A stretch of 58,731 nt of DNA from Candidatus Methylomirabilota bacterium (GTDB taxonomy: Bacteria; Methylomirabilota; Methylomirabilia; Rokubacteriales; CSP1-6), in NCBI GenBank assembly GCA_046726415.1, contig JBKPAK010000050.1:1-58731 (forward strand), written 5' to 3'. The translations under genes were made by a program, and so were the position numbers. The notes beneath the pieces were generated by a model. That model did not search any database. It had not been told where the DNA came from and saw only the letters and a program-made list of their open reading frames with translations. This document shows positions 50,139 to 58,731 of this stretch, piece by piece. The first letter of the stretch is position 1, and every line of letters begins with the position of its first letter.

Positions 50139-51134
50139 GTGTTCCTCCGGCTCGGGCTGCTGCTCACCGCCGTCGTCGTGCTGCCGCTCGTCGTGCGCCC
50201 GGTGGTGGCCGCGGAGATCTGCATCTTCGCCATCGCCGCCATGGCCCTCAACCTCATCTTCGGCTACACGGGCATGCTGTCCTTTGGGCAGGCGACCTTC
50301 TTCGGACTGGCCGCCTACACCGCGGGGCTCATGATGATTCACTGGAAGGCGCCGCTGCTCGTGGTCCTGGCGGCCGGGACCCTGGTGGCCGCCCTCGCCG
50401 CGGCCGTGGTGGGTTACGTCTGCATCCAGCGCGTCGGCACGTACTTCATCATGCTGACCTTCGGCTTCAACCAGATGTTCTATTTCATCGCGTACAAGTG
50501 GACGTCGGTCACCGGCGGCGACGACGGCCTGCCCGGCATCCCGCGCCCCCCGCTGGCGCTGGGACCGCTGTCGATCGGGCTCGACACGTCGGCGCGCTAC
50601 TACGCGTTCGTGGGGGCGGCGTTCCTCCTGGCCTTCTACGCCATGAAGCGCGTGGTCGACTCGCCGCTCGGCGTCGTCTTCCGATCCATTCGCGAGAACC
50701 CCGGGCGCGCGGCGGCGGTCGGCTACGACGTCAAGCGCTACAAGTGGCTCGCCTTCACGATCGCCGGGGCCTTCACGGGGTTCTCGGGGGTGCTCTACGC
50801 GATGATGTTCGGCATCGTGCCGCTCGAGTCCATCAGCTGGATCATCTCGGGCGACATCGTCTTCATGGTCTTGATCGGCGGCATCGGCAACCTGTACGGG
50901 CCGCTCCTGGGGGCGGCCGCCTTCAAGTGGCTCTCCGAGACGGTGTCTCTCGTCTGGGAGCGGTGGCCGTTGATCCTGGGCGTGGCCCTGGTGGTGGTCG
51001 TGCTGTTCCTCCGCGGGGGACTCGTCGAGGCGCTCACAAGGATCCAGGAGGCCATCGGCGGCCGAAGGGCCCGACCCGAAGCCGATGAGGACGTCCGCGT
51101 GACTGTCACCGCCGAGGGTGAGGCGGGCCGGTGA
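50139..51134 (+). CDS. livM: Branched-chain ABC permease, LivM type
   Basis: GYTGMLSFGQ, TGGDDG, IREN, IGGIG...GP..GA. Confidence 0.9.
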   Translation: MFLRLGLLLTAVVVLPLVVRPVVAAEICIFAIAAMALNLIFGYTGMLSFGQATFFGLAAYTAGLMMIHWKAPLLVVLAAGTLVAALAAAVVGYVCIQRVGTYFIMLTFGFNQMFYFIAYKWTSVTGGDDGLPGIPRPPLALGPLSIGLDTSARYYAFVGAAFLLAFYAMKRVVDSPLGVVFRSIRENPGRAAAVGYDVKRYKWLAFTIAGAFTGFSGVLYAMMFGIVPLESISWIISGDIVFMVLIGGIGNLYGPLLGAAAFKWLSETVSLVWERWPLILGVALVVVVLFLRGGLVEALTRIQEAIGGRRARPEADEDVRVTVTAEGEAGR

Positions 51135-51886
51135 GCGTCGAGCCGATCCTCCGCACCGAGCGACTCACGCGCGCCTTCGGTGCCCTGCGGGCCGTCAACG
51201 GGGTGAGCCTGAGCGTCCGCTCGGGCACGCTCCACTCCGTCATCGGTCCGAATGGCTCCGGCAAGACGACGCTCTTCAACCTGATCTCCGGGGAGATCCG
51301 CCCCACCGACGGGCACGTCACCTTCGAGGGACGGGATGTGACGGCCGTGCCCTCGCACCGCCTGCCGCATTTGGGGCTGGCGCGGTGCTTCCAACGCACC
51401 AACGTCTTCCCGAAGCTGACGGTCGACGAGAACGTCTGGGTCGCCGTCTTTGCCCGCCGCACGCCGAAGGTGCTCGGCTTTCTCCGGCGCGCGGCCGACT
51501 TCGCCGACGTGGGCGCCGAAGCGCGCCGGATCGTCGAGGAAGTCGGCCTCTCCCACAAGCGCACCGCCCGCGCGGAGACCCTGTCGCACGGCCAGCAGCG
51601 CGCGCTCGAGGTGGCCGTCGCGCTCGCGTCGGCCCCCCGGCTCCTGCTGCTCGACGAGCCCACGCAAGGGCTCGCCCCCGAGGCCACCCAGCACATGACG
51701 CGGCTGGTTCAGCGCCTGACGGGGCGGTACACGATTCTCCTGATCGAACACAAGATGCAGATCGTCATGTCGATCTCCGACCGGATCTCGGTGATGGCGT
51801 TCGGCGAGCTGATCGCCGAAGGCACGCCCCACGAGGTCCGGGAGGATCGCGCGGTCCAGCGCGCGTACCTCGGAGGCCGGCGATGA
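51131..51886 (+). CDS. livG: Branched-chain ABC ATPase, LivG type
   Basis: GPNGSGKTT, LSHGQQR, LLDEP, IEH, AYLG. Confidence 0.92.
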   Translation: MSVEPILRTERLTRAFGALRAVNGVSLSVRSGTLHSVIGPNGSGKTTLFNLISGEIRPTDGHVTFEGRDVTAVPSHRLPHLGLARCFQRTNVFPKLTVDENVWVAVFARRTPKVLGFLRRAADFADVGAEARRIVEEVGLSHKRTARAETLSHGQQRALEVAVALASAPRLLLLDEPTQGLAPEATQHMTRLVQRLTGRYTILLIEHKMQIVMSISDRISVMAFGELIAEGTPHEVREDRAVQRAYLGGRR

Positions 51887-52581
51887 TCCTCCGCGTCGAG
51901 GGCATCCACACCTACTATGGCCTCGTGCACATGCTCCACGGGGTCTCTCTCGACATCGCCCCGGGCGAGGTGCTGGCCCTCCTCGGGCGCAACGGCGCGG
52001 GAAAGACCACCGTGCTCAAGAGCATCATGGGACTGGTGCCCCCGCGCGCCGGAACGATCGTCCACGCGGGGGAGGACATCACGGGGCGCCCACCGCACCT
52101 CATCGCGCGCCGGGGGATCGCCTATGTGCCGGCGGGCCGGGGAATCTTCTCGACCCTCACCGCGCTCGAGAACCTCGCGATCGTCCGCCGGGGTTCCGAG
52201 GCGGGAACCCCGGACGACGTCTTCCGCCGGTTCCCGAAGCTCGCCGAGCTGAAGCAGCGCCTGGGGCGGTTCCTTTCGGGCGGGGAGCAGCAGATGCTCG
52301 CCATCGGCCGCGCCATCATGACTGGCCCGTCCCTGATGCTGCTGGACGAGCCCTCCCAGGGGCTGGCGCCGCTCGTCCTCGAGTCCATCGTCGAGATGCT
52401 CCGCGACCTCAAGGCGAGCGGGCTGGCCATGCTGCTGGTCGAGCAGAACGTGGACACGGCGCTGGCCCTCGCCGACCGCGTGATGATCCTCGACCAGGGC
52501 GCCACCGTCTTCCACGGTACCCCGGCGCATCTGACCGCGGACGAGCAGATCGCCATCCGCTACCTCGGCGTGAGCGTATAG
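51883..52581 (+). CDS. livF: Branched-chain ABC ATPase, LivF type
   Basis: ATGA overlap; GRNGAGKTT, LSGGEQQM, LLDEPSQGLAP, VEQN. Confidence 0.92.
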   Translation: MILRVEGIHTYYGLVHMLHGVSLDIAPGEVLALLGRNGAGKTTVLKSIMGLVPPRAGTIVHAGEDITGRPPHLIARRGIAYVPAGRGIFSTLTALENLAIVRRGSEAGTPDDVFRRFPKLAELKQRLGRFLSGGEQQMLAIGRAIMTGPSLMLLDEPSQGLAPLVLESIVEMLRDLKASGLAMLLVEQNVDTALALADRVMILDQGATVFHGTPAHLTADEQIAIRYLGVSV

Positions 52582-52595
52582 CGAGGACTATTCCT

Positions 52596-52630
52596 GAGCG
52601 GACACGAGCGCGAGGCGCTCGTGTCCGCTC
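52596..52630. terminator. Perfect 16-bp hairpin between convergent genes
   Basis: GAGCGGACACGAGCGC-GAG-GCGCTCGTGTCCGCTC. Confidence 0.7.
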
Positions 52631-52674
52631 GCTGTGGATGGCTCACCGTCATTCGCGAGTCATCGGCAATCCGC

Positions 52675-54018
52675 TCAGAGGTCTGGGGCGCCGGCGCGGC
52701 CGAGGACGTCTTCGCACCACGCCGAGGCCGCGAGGAGTGCGGGCTCCGTGAAGGGGCCGCTCACCAGTTGGATTCCGAGGGGGAGGCCTGACGCGGCGAG
52801 GCCGCAGGGTACGGTGATCGACGGCAGGCCGCTCAGCGACCACGGGACCTGGAACAGCGGGTCTCCCGTCGCCGTGCCCTCGGGCGCCGGCGCCGGTGTG
52901 GTCGGGGTCAAGAGAATGTCGTGCTGTGCGAGCAGCGGCGCCAGCTCCCGGCGGAACTGGCGCCGAACGCGCAGCGAGCGGACGTACAGATCGCCCGTCA
53001 GCAGCATGCCCATCTCGATGGCGCTGCGGATCGCCGGTCGGTACAGATCGGCCTTCTGCGCGAAGAGGTCGGCGTGGATGCTGGCCGTGTCGCTCCGCAT
53101 GATGAGGTTGGCTGCCGCGTGCACCGCGCGAAAGCTCCCAGGCGGCTTCACGTCCTCGACGGCGGCGCCCGCGCGGGCCAGGCGGTCGACGGTCTCGGTG
53201 GTGATGCGCGCCACTTCGGCGGTGGCGCGCTCGAAGAAGAACTCGCGCAGCAGCCCGACACGCGGCGGGCGGCGGCGGGTGAGTGCCGCCAGATAGTCGG
53301 GCACGGGCTCGCGCGACGAGCTGGGATCCGCGGCGTCGTGGCCCGCGAGGGCGAGCAACCCCAGGGCGACGTCCTCCACACTGCGGGCCATCAGGCCGAC
53401 GTGATCTTGCGTGTAGGTGAGCGGGATCACTCCTCGAGTGCTGATCCGGCCGAACGTCGGCTTGAGGCCCACCAGGCCGCAGTACGCCGCCGGGCGCACG
53501 TTCGAGCCGATCGTCTGGGTGCCCAGCGCGAATGGCACCATGCGGGCGGCCACGGCCGCTGCCGAGCCGCTGGACGAGCCCCCCGGCGTGCAGGCGAGGT
53601 TCCACGGGTTGCGCGTCGGCGCCGGGTCGTACGTCGCGAATTCGGTGGTGTGGAGCTTTCCGACGAGAATCGCTCCGGCGTCCTTGAGCCGCGCCACCGA
53701 CGTCGCATCGTAGGCGGGGACGAAGCCGGCCAGCACCTTCGAGCCGGCCTCGGTTCGAAGCCCTGCCGTGTAGAAGATGTCCTTGGCGCCGAAGGGCACC
53801 CCGTGGAGGGGACCGCGCAGAATGCCCCGCGCGCGCTCATCGGCGAGCCGCCGCGCAGTGGCCCGGGCCCCCGCCCGGTCGACGAGAGCCCACGCCTGGA
53901 CTTTCGCATCCACTGCGTCGATGCGCTGGAGCAGCGCCTCGATGAGGTCGACCGGGGAGAGCTCCTTGCGCCGGATGGCCAGCGCGGCTTCGGCTGCCCC
54001 CAGCTCATGGGAGCTCAT
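52675..54018 (-). CDS. Amidase signature family enzyme
   Basis: PLHGVPFGAKD, NPWN, PGGSSSGS, GTQTIGSNVRPAAYCG..GLKPT. Confidence 0.95.
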   Translation of the reverse strand: MSSHELGAAEAALAIRRKELSPVDLIEALLQRIDAVDAKVQAWALVDRAGARATARRLADERARGILRGPLHGVPFGAKDIFYTAGLRTEAGSKVLAGFVPAYDATSVARLKDAGAILVGKLHTTEFATYDPAPTRNPWNLACTPGGSSSGSAAAVAARMVPFALGTQTIGSNVRPAAYCGLVGLKPTFGRISTRGVIPLTYTQDHVGLMARSVEDVALGLLALAGHDAADPSSSREPVPDYLAALTRRRPPRVGLLREFFFERATAEVARITTETVDRLARAGAAVEDVKPPGSFRAVHAAANLIMRSDTASIHADLFAQKADLYRPAIRSAIEMGMLLTGDLYVRSLRVRRQFRRELAPLLAQHDILLTPTTPAPAPEGTATGDPLFQVPWSLSGLPSITVPCGLAASGLPLGIQLVSGPFTEPALLAASAWCEDVLGRAGAPDL

Positions 54019-54206
54019 GGCGCGGGCTCCGCATAAAAGGCGGGCGGTTCCTCCTGATCGACAGGAAACGCGGCGACATCAGCCGACCAGCCCGCCGCGT
54101 TTTCGATGGCCTGCGCCAGCGCCGCCGCACGGGCGGCGCCGAAGCGCCGCGCTGCCTCCGCGCGAAGCCCCTCGGCGTACTCCCTGCATCGCGCCTCCCG
54201 GTCCAT
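54015..54206 (-). CDS. Small 63-aa protein coupled to the amidase
   Basis: GAGGAGG RBS; 4-nt ATGA overlap with the amidase; helical, ending [12 protein letters not shown]. Confidence 0.7.
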   Translation of the reverse strand: MDREARCREYAEGLRAEAARRFGAARAAALAQAIENAAGWSADVAAFPVDQEEPPAFYAEPAP

Positions 54207-54255
54207 GGTGCCCTCCTCGCTGGTGGATTCGGCTGCGATGATATCGTGGGCCTGC

Positions 54256-55260
54256 ATGGGGGACACGCGCTCGAACGCCCCACGCCCGATCGCCTCGCGC
54301 CCCCAGCCAGCGCGCGGGGGCGGGGGCCGTCCTTCGCCCTACCGCATCCTCACTCGCGCCGAGTGGGCGGCGCTGCGCGACCACACCCCGATGACCTTGA
54401 CGGCCGACGAGATCGCCCAGCTCCGCTCGCTGAACGACCGGCTCGACCTGCAGGAGGTCGAGGAGATCTATCTGCCTCTCTCGCGATTGCTGTCGCTCTA
54501 TGTGGCGGCGACCCAGACGCTGTTCCGCGCCCAGCAGCGATTCCTGGGCGGAGCCGACGCCAAGGTGCCCTACGTGATCGGCATCGCGGGGTCGGTGGCG
54601 GTCGGCAAGTCGACCACCGCTCGTGTGCTGCAGGCCCTCCTGGCGCGCTGGCCGAACGTGCCGAAGGTGCAACTGGTGACCACCGACGGTTTCCTGTACC
54701 CCAAGGCCCGGCTCGAGCGGGAAGGCTTGATGGAGCGCAAGGGCTTTCCCGAGAGCTACGATCTGCCAGCCCTCCTGCGCTTCCTGCACGACATCAAGGC
54801 CGGCCAGGGCCGCGTCTCGGCTCCCGTCTACTCGCACCTCATCTACGATGTGGTCCCCGGCGAGCGAATCGTCGTCGACCAACCGGACATTCTGGTCGTG
54901 GAGGGACTCAACGTGCTGCAGTCCGCCCACCCCCCGGAGGACGGTCAGGCTATTCCGTTCGTCTCCGATTTCTTCGACTTCTCGATCTACGTCGATGCCG
55001 ACGAGGCGCTGTTGCGGCGGTGGTACGTCGATCGCTTTCTCACCTTGCGGGAGACCACGTTTCGCGATCCCGCCTCGCATTTCCACGATTACGCGACGCT
55101 GTCAGACGCCGAGGCGATGGCCACCGCGACTTCGATCTGGACCCGAATCAATCTGGTAAATCTCCAGGAGAACATCCTGCCCACGCGCCAGCGCGCCGAC
55201 CTGATCCTCCGGAAGGGCGACAGTCATCGCGTCGACGACGTCGCGCTCCGGAAGCTGTGA
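54256..55260 (+). CDS. coaA: Type I pantothenate kinase
   Basis: [46 protein letters not shown]. Start uncertain. Confidence 0.96.
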   Translation: MGDTRSNAPRPIASRPQPARGGGGRPSPYRILTRAEWAALRDHTPMTLTADEIAQLRSLNDRLDLQEVEEIYLPLSRLLSLYVAATQTLFRAQQRFLGGADAKVPYVIGIAGSVAVGKSTTARVLQALLARWPNVPKVQLVTTDGFLYPKARLEREGLMERKGFPESYDLPALLRFLHDIKAGQGRVSAPVYSHLIYDVVPGERIVVDQPDILVVEGLNVLQSAHPPEDGQAIPFVSDFFDFSIYVDADEALLRRWYVDRFLTLRETTFRDPASHFHDYATLSDAEAMATATSIWTRINLVNLQENILPTRQRADLILRKGDSHRVDDVALRKL

Positions 55261-55288
55261 CCGGGCCCATCGCCATCGGAGGTGACCC

Positions 55289-56062
55289 ATGAATCTCCTC
55301 GAAGGCCGGACGGGACTCGTGGTGGGCGTGGCCAACAAGCGCTCCATCGCCTGGGCCATCGCCCAGGCTCTGGGCGGGGTGGGCATGCGGCTGGCATTCA
55401 CCTATCAGGGCGAGCGATTGAAGCCGAACGTCGAGGCGCTGGCCTCCACCTTGCCCCGGTCTCTCCTCTATCCCTGCGACGTGACGTCGGATGCCGAGAT
55501 CGACGCGGCCTTGTCGGCGCTGGCCCGCGAGACGAGCGCCCTCGACCTCCTCGTCCACTCGGTGGCCTTCGCGCAGCGCGAGAACCTGGAGGGGGCGTTC
55601 GTGGGGACCTCGCGCGACGGCTTCCGGGTGGCTCACGATGTGTCGGCCTACTCGCTGGTGGCCCTCACCCGGGCGGCGCGGCCTCTGCTCGAGAAGTCGA
55701 CGGGGGCCTCGGTGATCGCCATGACCTACTACGGCTCGGAGAAGGTGGCCCCGCACTACAACGTGATGGGGGCGGCCAAGGCCTCGCTGGAGGCGTCCGT
55801 GCGGTACCTCGCCGCCGATCTCGGACCCCAAGGGATCCGCGTCAACGCGATCTCGGCGGGTCCCGTCAACACCCTGGCCGCTCGCGGCATCAAAGGATTC
55901 ACCGGCATGCTCCAGCACCACGCCGAGAGAGCGCCGCTGCGGCGCAACGTGGAGCCGCGGGAGATCGGCGACACCGCCGTTTTCCTGGCCTCGCCGATGG
56001 CCTCGGGCATCACCGGCGAGGTGATCTTCGTGGACTGCGGCTATCACATCATGGTGGTGTGA
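55289..56062 (+). CDS. fabI: Enoyl-ACP reductase
   Basis: GVANKRSIA, SAYSL, YNVMGAAKASLE, ISAGP..TLAA. Confidence 0.96.
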   Translation: MNLLEGRTGLVVGVANKRSIAWAIAQALGGVGMRLAFTYQGERLKPNVEALASTLPRSLLYPCDVTSDAEIDAALSALARETSALDLLVHSVAFAQRENLEGAFVGTSRDGFRVAHDVSAYSLVALTRAARPLLEKSTGASVIAMTYYGSEKVAPHYNVMGAAKASLEASVRYLAADLGPQGIRVNAISAGPVNTLAARGIKGFTGMLQHHAERAPLRRNVEPREIGDTAVFLASPMASGITGEVIFVDCGYHIMVV

Positions 56063-56078
56063 CGGCGAGGGAGCTGGC

Positions 56079-57341
56079 CTACGGTTGCTCGTTCTGCCAG
56101 ATCTGCTCCGGAGCCTGGCGTCGTCGCAGGGGGCGGAGCCTGCCGTCCGGCTCCAGCATCACCTCGGGAGCCTGTGGGTAGGAGTTATAGTTGACGGTGG
56201 ACATGGCCGCACAGTAGGCGCCGGCCCCGCCCACCACGACGAGATCGCCGATCTCCGGGCGCGGCACCCAGCGCGGGGCCAGCGCCTCGGCGTCACCCGG
56301 GGCCGGAGAGAGGATATCGCCCGACTCACAGCAGGGACCCACGAAGACCACGGCCGCGGGCGGGCGTCCGCTGACCAGCACGTCGATCGGGTGCTGGGCG
56401 CCATAGAGAGACGGACGCGTCACCTCGGTCATGCCGGTATCGAGCTTGGCGAAGCGATAGCCGTCGCGCCCCGTGTCGACCACGTCCACGCAGGTGGCGA
56501 CCACCGCGCCCGCCAGGGCCACGAGATACGTGCCCGGCTCGATCTCCAGATGCAACGCGCGGCCATCTCGCTGAGAGAAGGCCTCCAGCTCGCTCCGGAT
56601 GTGCGCGCCGACGTCGGCCAGATCCACCGAAGGCTCCTCGGGCATGCGCCCCACCTTGAACCCGCCGCCCAGATTCACGGACGCCACCTCCGGGAACTGG
56701 CTCACCAGATCCAAGGTCATGCGGGCGCAGCGCTTCCACACTTCGGGGTCGGTGCCCGAGCCGATGTGACTGTGGAGCCGGCGAATTCTGAGCCCGGAGC
56801 GGTGAGCGATGGTCCGCGCTTCGCCCAGATACTCGTGCCAGATGCCGAAGCTCGATGCCGGGCCCCCGGTATTGGTGCGGTTGCTGGAGCCGCTGCCCAG
56901 CCCCGGGTTGATGCGGATGGAGAGCTCTCGCCCCGGAGCGACGCGCCCGAATTCGGCGAGCTGGTGCAGCGAGCAGGCATTGAACCACACCCCGCGTCGC
57001 ACGTGCTCCTCCAGGCGGCGCGAAGGCATCTGGGCGGTGAGCTGGATGGCTCCGGGGGGAAAGTCCGCGCGCAGGGCGCGCTCGACTTCGAAATCGCTGG
57101 AGGCGTCGATGTGCAGTCCCAGCTCGCGAAAGAGCACGAGAATGCCATGGCTGGGATTGGCCTTCATGGCATAGCGGACGGTGAGTCCGTGGGGCGCGGG
57201 GAACGCGAGGGCCTCTTTGGCGGCGGCCTCCAGGAGGGTCCGATCGTACACGTAACAGGGGGTACCGAATCGCTCGCGAACCTCAGCGGCCCGCTCGGCG
57301 GTGAGAAATGGGCCGGGAGTGGCCATCGCCCTCGGGGGCAT
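56079..57341 (-). CDS. lysA: Diaminopimelate decarboxylase
   Basis: FGTPCYVYD, YAMKA, RINPG, HSHIGSG, NLGGG, EPG, GPCCESGD, GAY; GAGGAGG RBS before ATG 57341. Confidence 0.88.
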   Translation of the reverse strand: MPPRAMATPGPFLTAERAAEVRERFGTPCYVYDRTLLEAAAKEALAFPAPHGLTVRYAMKANPSHGILVLFRELGLHIDASSDFEVERALRADFPPGAIQLTAQMPSRRLEEHVRRGVWFNACSLHQLAEFGRVAPGRELSIRINPGLGSGSSNRTNTGGPASSFGIWHEYLGEARTIAHRSGLRIRRLHSHIGSGTDPEVWKRCARMTLDLVSQFPEVASVNLGGGFKVGRMPEEPSVDLADVGAHIRSELEAFSQRDGRALHLEIEPGTYLVALAGAVVATCVDVVDTGRDGYRFAKLDTGMTEVTRPSLYGAQHPIDVLVSGRPPAAVVFVGPCCESGDILSPAPGDAEALAPRWVPRPEIGDLVVVGGAGAYCAAMSTVNYNSYPQAPEVMLEPDGRLRPLRRRQAPEQIWQNEQP

Positions 57342-57561
57342 GCGTCTTCCTCCTCGTCGCAGTGACGGTCCCGTCATGCTACCCCAACCGCTGGCGCAGC
57401 TACGCCGGCGTCGCGCCGCGAGAGCGGCGGCGCGCGCGTGGTGAGCGGTCGATCTGAGCTGCCGCCGCTGGCCGGCAGATGGAGAGACTCCGGCCTCGAT
57501 CCATGCGATCATAGGCCGCACGCCGTGGAAAATTTGAGCCCCGTCGTCGTCCGCCCCTGAA

Positions 57562-58494
57562 GTGTCCCGTCGGTACCGAGGCCATCCACCACGACCCGCC
57601 CCGGGCCCCGCACCGCCGGAGCAGACGCGGTCTCTGTTCGATACGCTCACCGTGGTCCAGCCGCACGTGCGCCTTCGCCTCGAGACCGAGCCGGGCGAGT
57701 GGTCGATGCGGGTCATGGACCTGGTGGCCCCCCTCGGGAAGGGGCAGCGCGGTCTCATCGTGGCGCCACCGCGAGCCGGCAAGACCATCCTCCTTCAGCA
57801 GATCGCCAAGGCCATCCTCGCGAATCATCCCGAAGTCGCGGTGATGATCCTTCTCGTGGACGAGCGGCCCGAGGAGGTGACGGACTTCCGCATGGCGCTC
57901 GGAAAATCAGCCGAGATCTTCGCCTCGAGCAGCGACCGCCCGCCGGCGGAGCACGTGCGGCTCACCGAACAGGTGCTGGACAAGGCGAAGCGGATGGTGG
58001 AAGAGCGACGCGACGTGATCGTCCTCCTCGACTCCCTCACTCGCATGACGCGGGCCTACAACCGCCAGCTCTCCTCGCGTGGGCGTACGATGTCCGGTGG
58101 ACTCGATGCCCAGGCCTTTCGCATGCCCCGCACCTTCTTCGGGGCGGCCCGGGCCATCGAGGGCGGCGGCACGCTCACCATCGTGGGCACGGTGCTGGTG
58201 GACACCGGCTCCCGCATGGACGATGTCATCTTTGAGGAGTTTAAGGGGACCGGGAACATGGACCTCTACCTCTCGCGCGAGCTCGCCGACCGGCGCGTGT
58301 TCCCGGCGTTCGACGTGGTGCGGTCCGGCACCCGCCACGAGGAACTGCTCTACACGGCAGAGGAGATGCCGCGCATTCGGCGCCTCCGGCGCGCGCTGAC
58401 CGACATGAAGCCGACGGACGCCATGGAGAGCCTCCTGGAGCAACTGAAGCTGACTCGAACGAACGCCGAATTCCTGCGCCGCCTCAGCCCGTAG
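57562..58494 (+). CDS. rho: Rho termination factor homologue, ATPase domain only (310 aa)
   Basis: PLGKGQRGLIVAPPRAGKT, DERPEEVTD, LDSLTR, SGG, FFGAAR, FEEFKGTGN, SGTR.EELL. Confidence 0.9.
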   Translation: MSRRYRGHPPRPAPGPAPPEQTRSLFDTLTVVQPHVRLRLETEPGEWSMRVMDLVAPLGKGQRGLIVAPPRAGKTILLQQIAKAILANHPEVAVMILLVDERPEEVTDFRMALGKSAEIFASSSDRPPAEHVRLTEQVLDKAKRMVEERRDVIVLLDSLTRMTRAYNRQLSSRGRTMSGGLDAQAFRMPRTFFGAARAIEGGGTLTIVGTVLVDTGSRMDDVIFEEFKGTGNMDLYLSRELADRRVFPAFDVVRSGTRHEELLYTAEEMPRIRRLRRALTDMKPTDAMESLLEQLKLTRTNAEFLRRLSP

Positions 58495-58731
58495 CCCTCC
58501 CAACCTCGCGGGGGATCGAGGGACATCACGGCTTGGCCGGGAGGTCCCGAGCGCCCGAGGGGCTTGGCGCCCGTCGCAGAGCCCTCGGGCCGCGGCAAGC
58601 CCTCCCAACCTCGCGGGGGATCGAGGGACATCACGGCTTGGCCGGGAGGTCCCGAGCGCCCGAGGGGCTTGGCGCCCGTCGCAGAGCCCTCGGGCCGCGG
58701 CAAGCCCTCCCAACCTCGCGGGGGATCGAGG
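58493..58731. repeat. Tandem repeat, 105-bp unit, two full copies plus a partial third at the window edge
   Basis: Units start at 58493, 58598 and 58703 (AGCCCTCCCAACCTCGCGGGGGATCGAGG...) and appear identical by eye. Confidence 0.95.

Noticed and set aside
58493..58731. CRISPR array, or a repeat-encoded protein (ORFs 57907..58713 and 58350..58703)
   Set aside because: Units are identical with no unique spacers and no cas genes are visible. The frames stay open because 105 is a multiple of 3, and they overlap rho antisense.

Overview
High-GC (roughly 70% by eye) bacterial chromosome segment. The mix of many luciferase-like monooxygenases, orphan solute-binding proteins, TRAP/ABC transporters and AddAB suggests Candidatus Rokubacteria (Methylomirabilota); this is inference only. 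Main blocks, left to right: a DUF748-like gene cut by the left edge; a Tat-signal FMN alpha-hydroxy acid oxidase; a TRAP transporter; an Asp-box beta-propeller; two orphan family-5 SBPs; a decayed accessory patch at about 10-15 kb (frameshifted receiver/Zn-finger gene, tRNA 3' remnant, half serpin, LysR scrap, fungal-type GT2 remnant); HtrA; LuxR; addBA; a class III CoA-transferase; a DUF6582-like/class III nucleotide cyclase fusion; an XRE-MmyB regulator with a palindromic operator; DUF3500; TauD; a 12 kb catabolic cluster (hydrolase, LLM, SDR, NitT-type ABC, Liv-type ABC, amidase plus small partner); coaA, fabI, lysA; and a Rho lacking its N-terminal RNA-binding domain, followed directly by a structured 105-bp tandem repeat that runs off the right edge. 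Many single-base frameshifts fall in homopolymers and may be sequencing errors. No CRISPR array, rRNA, intact tRNA, integrase or transposase was recognised. All family calls come from motif recognition, not database searches.
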